64,000 bases of DNA from Chiloscyllium plagiosum (taxonomy: Eukaryota), in contig NC_057710.1 in assembly GCF_004010195.1 (NCBI RefSeq), positions 155,403,057 through 155,467,056 of the forward strand. Direction: 5' to 3'. The notes under the pieces are model-generated. The model had not been told where the DNA came from. It worked only from the letters and a program-made list of their open reading frames with translations, and did no database searches. Position numbers and translations under genes: made by a program. Below are positions 61,931 to 64,000 of this stretch, in pieces (position 1 is the stretch's first letter; every line of letters begins with the position of its first letter).

Positions 61931-64000
61931 TTGTGACTGCCCACACACTCTTCCAGCCAGGGATGTGGGCATCAGGCATACACCAGCTTCACTACCTTTG
62001 CGTGACAGCTCTCTGAGACACTTAGGTTTGCCAGTGTTGCACTTTGGAGCATCCTGTCCCATCTCTTTATACTACTGCTGCAAGGACACTTGGTGCACAG
62101 TGACAGGCACCTGGCTCCAGGATTGGACAAGGGCGCACCTCCAGGCTCTTCCCTTGAATCCTTAGCACTCTCACTTCTTATGCCAACCTGGATACTGACA
62201 GCATCTCTTGCTGTTTTAGGGCAGTGTTTAAAGGCGAACAGTCCCACCTTGCTGCGCTGTTTAGCATAGACCCCGGCAGCTTGTCGGCAGTGGTCAGTGA
62301 ATTTGGTGCGTGATTCTCCATTATTCTCACACCTTCACCATGCACCAGCAGCTTACTTGGCAAAGACAGTGCAAATACAGCAAACAAATGGCCATGTCTC
62401 AAAGTGTAACAGAATTGTTCACAGTCAGGCCAGGGATGGAAGACAGCCTTCAGTCAGGGAAGCCTGGCACAATATGTCAAGGGCTATCAGTCTCGAAAGT
62501 CTGTGGCCATTTGGGATGGTCAGAGTCACACACTCCATCCCTCTACTGTCCAGAAAGTGGGTCATGGTCAGCCTTGCAGGTCCTGTGCAATCAGTCTGGG
62601 GATTTTATCCAGTTATTCCTTGCTAGCATAGTTTGTTCATCCCTGGAGTGTATCTTCCTTATTCCTGTAAGAATGTGAAGTGCCTCTTATTGAAACCTAT
62701 AAGATCTCCAGGTAGTTTGACACAGTGATGCTGACAGGATAAGCAAAACATTTTCCCACCCCTGGAGGTGGAAGTTAAGGGAAATAATTGGGTGAGATTT
62801 CCCTTGCTACGCGCCCTCTTCTTACTGGTTAAACTGCCGGCGAGAACTTTCTCAACTTACCATCATTTAAGGGCCACTACTCACAACTCAGTATCCAGAG
62901 GCAATTTGAGCTACGAATGGAGGACAAGAGGTTGGCCTCTGAAAGCCATGCCCTAGGTCCTGCCTTTGACCTGCCCTTACCTTTGTGGCCCACACCTCAC
63001 ACCTCAAGGATAAAAGCCACGTAGCTATCACTTTCTGAATCCCTGAACTGACAGTCTGTAGGATCTATAAACTGAAGCCCCTGCTGAGGAATTTGCCTAA
63101 GCTTGCCTATTATAACTGATAGGTCGGGTTATCTGAGTGGGAGGTGGGTGGAGGTGTCTTTGTTGGCATCCATGTTTGCCCCACGCTTAGTCACAAAAAG
63201 GGAAGGTTGTACCTGATATTTTCCCTGTGGAAGAGATTTGACATAAGGTGCAGTTTAAAACAGAGGATCCCCATTTAAGTCAGCGATGGAGGGCAATGTT
63301 TTTCTTTGAGGGTCCCGAGGAACTGTCTCCCCCAGTGATCAGTGCAGTTTGCATGTTTATATACACACCACTTGCAAACAGATTTCATTAAATCCAATTT
63401 AGTCGGTCAATGGAAGATTGCCATGAGTAGGATAAGTATTTTGCTTTCACTTAAATCCAATCAAACAATTATATCTTCAGATCTTCTGTGATTTTGCATG
63501 CCAAATTACAGCACTTAGATCGGGTTAATGGATATTGTTCCATTCCAGAAGATATGCCCTAAATATTGCCTAAGGCTGTGATGCAACATTTCGATAATTA
63601 CACTGAGTAATGCATGAGCAACAAAGCTGACTGTACCACGCTCCTAAAATATACAATTATTGAACTCGCATTTAAATAACAGCAATGAGCGATGCTCGCT
63701 TATTTAAACAGTTTGTACACAGTGCTTTGAAAGTATCCTTTGGATTTGTTATTTGATTTGCTGGAATCTCAGCTCCACATGACAAACGCAACTAACTGGT
63801 GGTATCTGACAAACATCACCATTCTGGTGTTTTGTGAAGTGTTTTTGTTGCAATCTCTGAGCAGTGTTATCACATTGGTTGTATGATCACGTTTTCTCTG
63901 TGGGAGAGATTTTGACCATCATGTGTGCTGCTACACACTTCCTGATCTTGGTAGAGGCAGGTACAATGACAACATTTAAAAAAAAATATTTCGACAGGTA

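Noticed and set aside
1-64000. Antisense bias of CR1 insertions as proof of a + strand host gene; CRISPR or prokaryotic systems
   Set aside because: Rough count of about 10 minus versus 6 plus is not significant; no regularly spaced repeat-spacer array or operon-like coding density.

Overview
Eukaryotic, repeat-rich DNA, almost certainly from a shark or other elasmobranch. This is inferred from HE1-type tRNA SINEs that share a (TAATC)n tail with CR1/HER1 LINEs. It looks like a long intron or 5' region of an unidentified gene, with three N gaps (15814-16346, 20641-20793, 49469-49675). No intact host CDS, rRNA, tRNA or CRISPR is supportable; the ORFs in the track are transposon relics or chance frames. 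Content: many CR1 fragments, HE1 and other SINEs, a Tx1 3' end, L2, Gypsy and Tigger relics, a solo LTR, and numerous Penelope-like element (PLE) pieces, many as short fold-back units with TSDs. The most notable signals are: (1) roughly 20 hammerhead ribozyme cores from 4-5 PLE families with covarying stems and palindromic stem III; (2) four local DNA-copying scars (two inverted duplications abutting retroelements, a 163-bp templated insertion with a 14-bp TSD, and a 78-bp TSD); (3) candidate + strand exons or promoters at about 5.3-6.85 kb and 55.1-55.9 kb. Family names come from motif recognition, not database searches.
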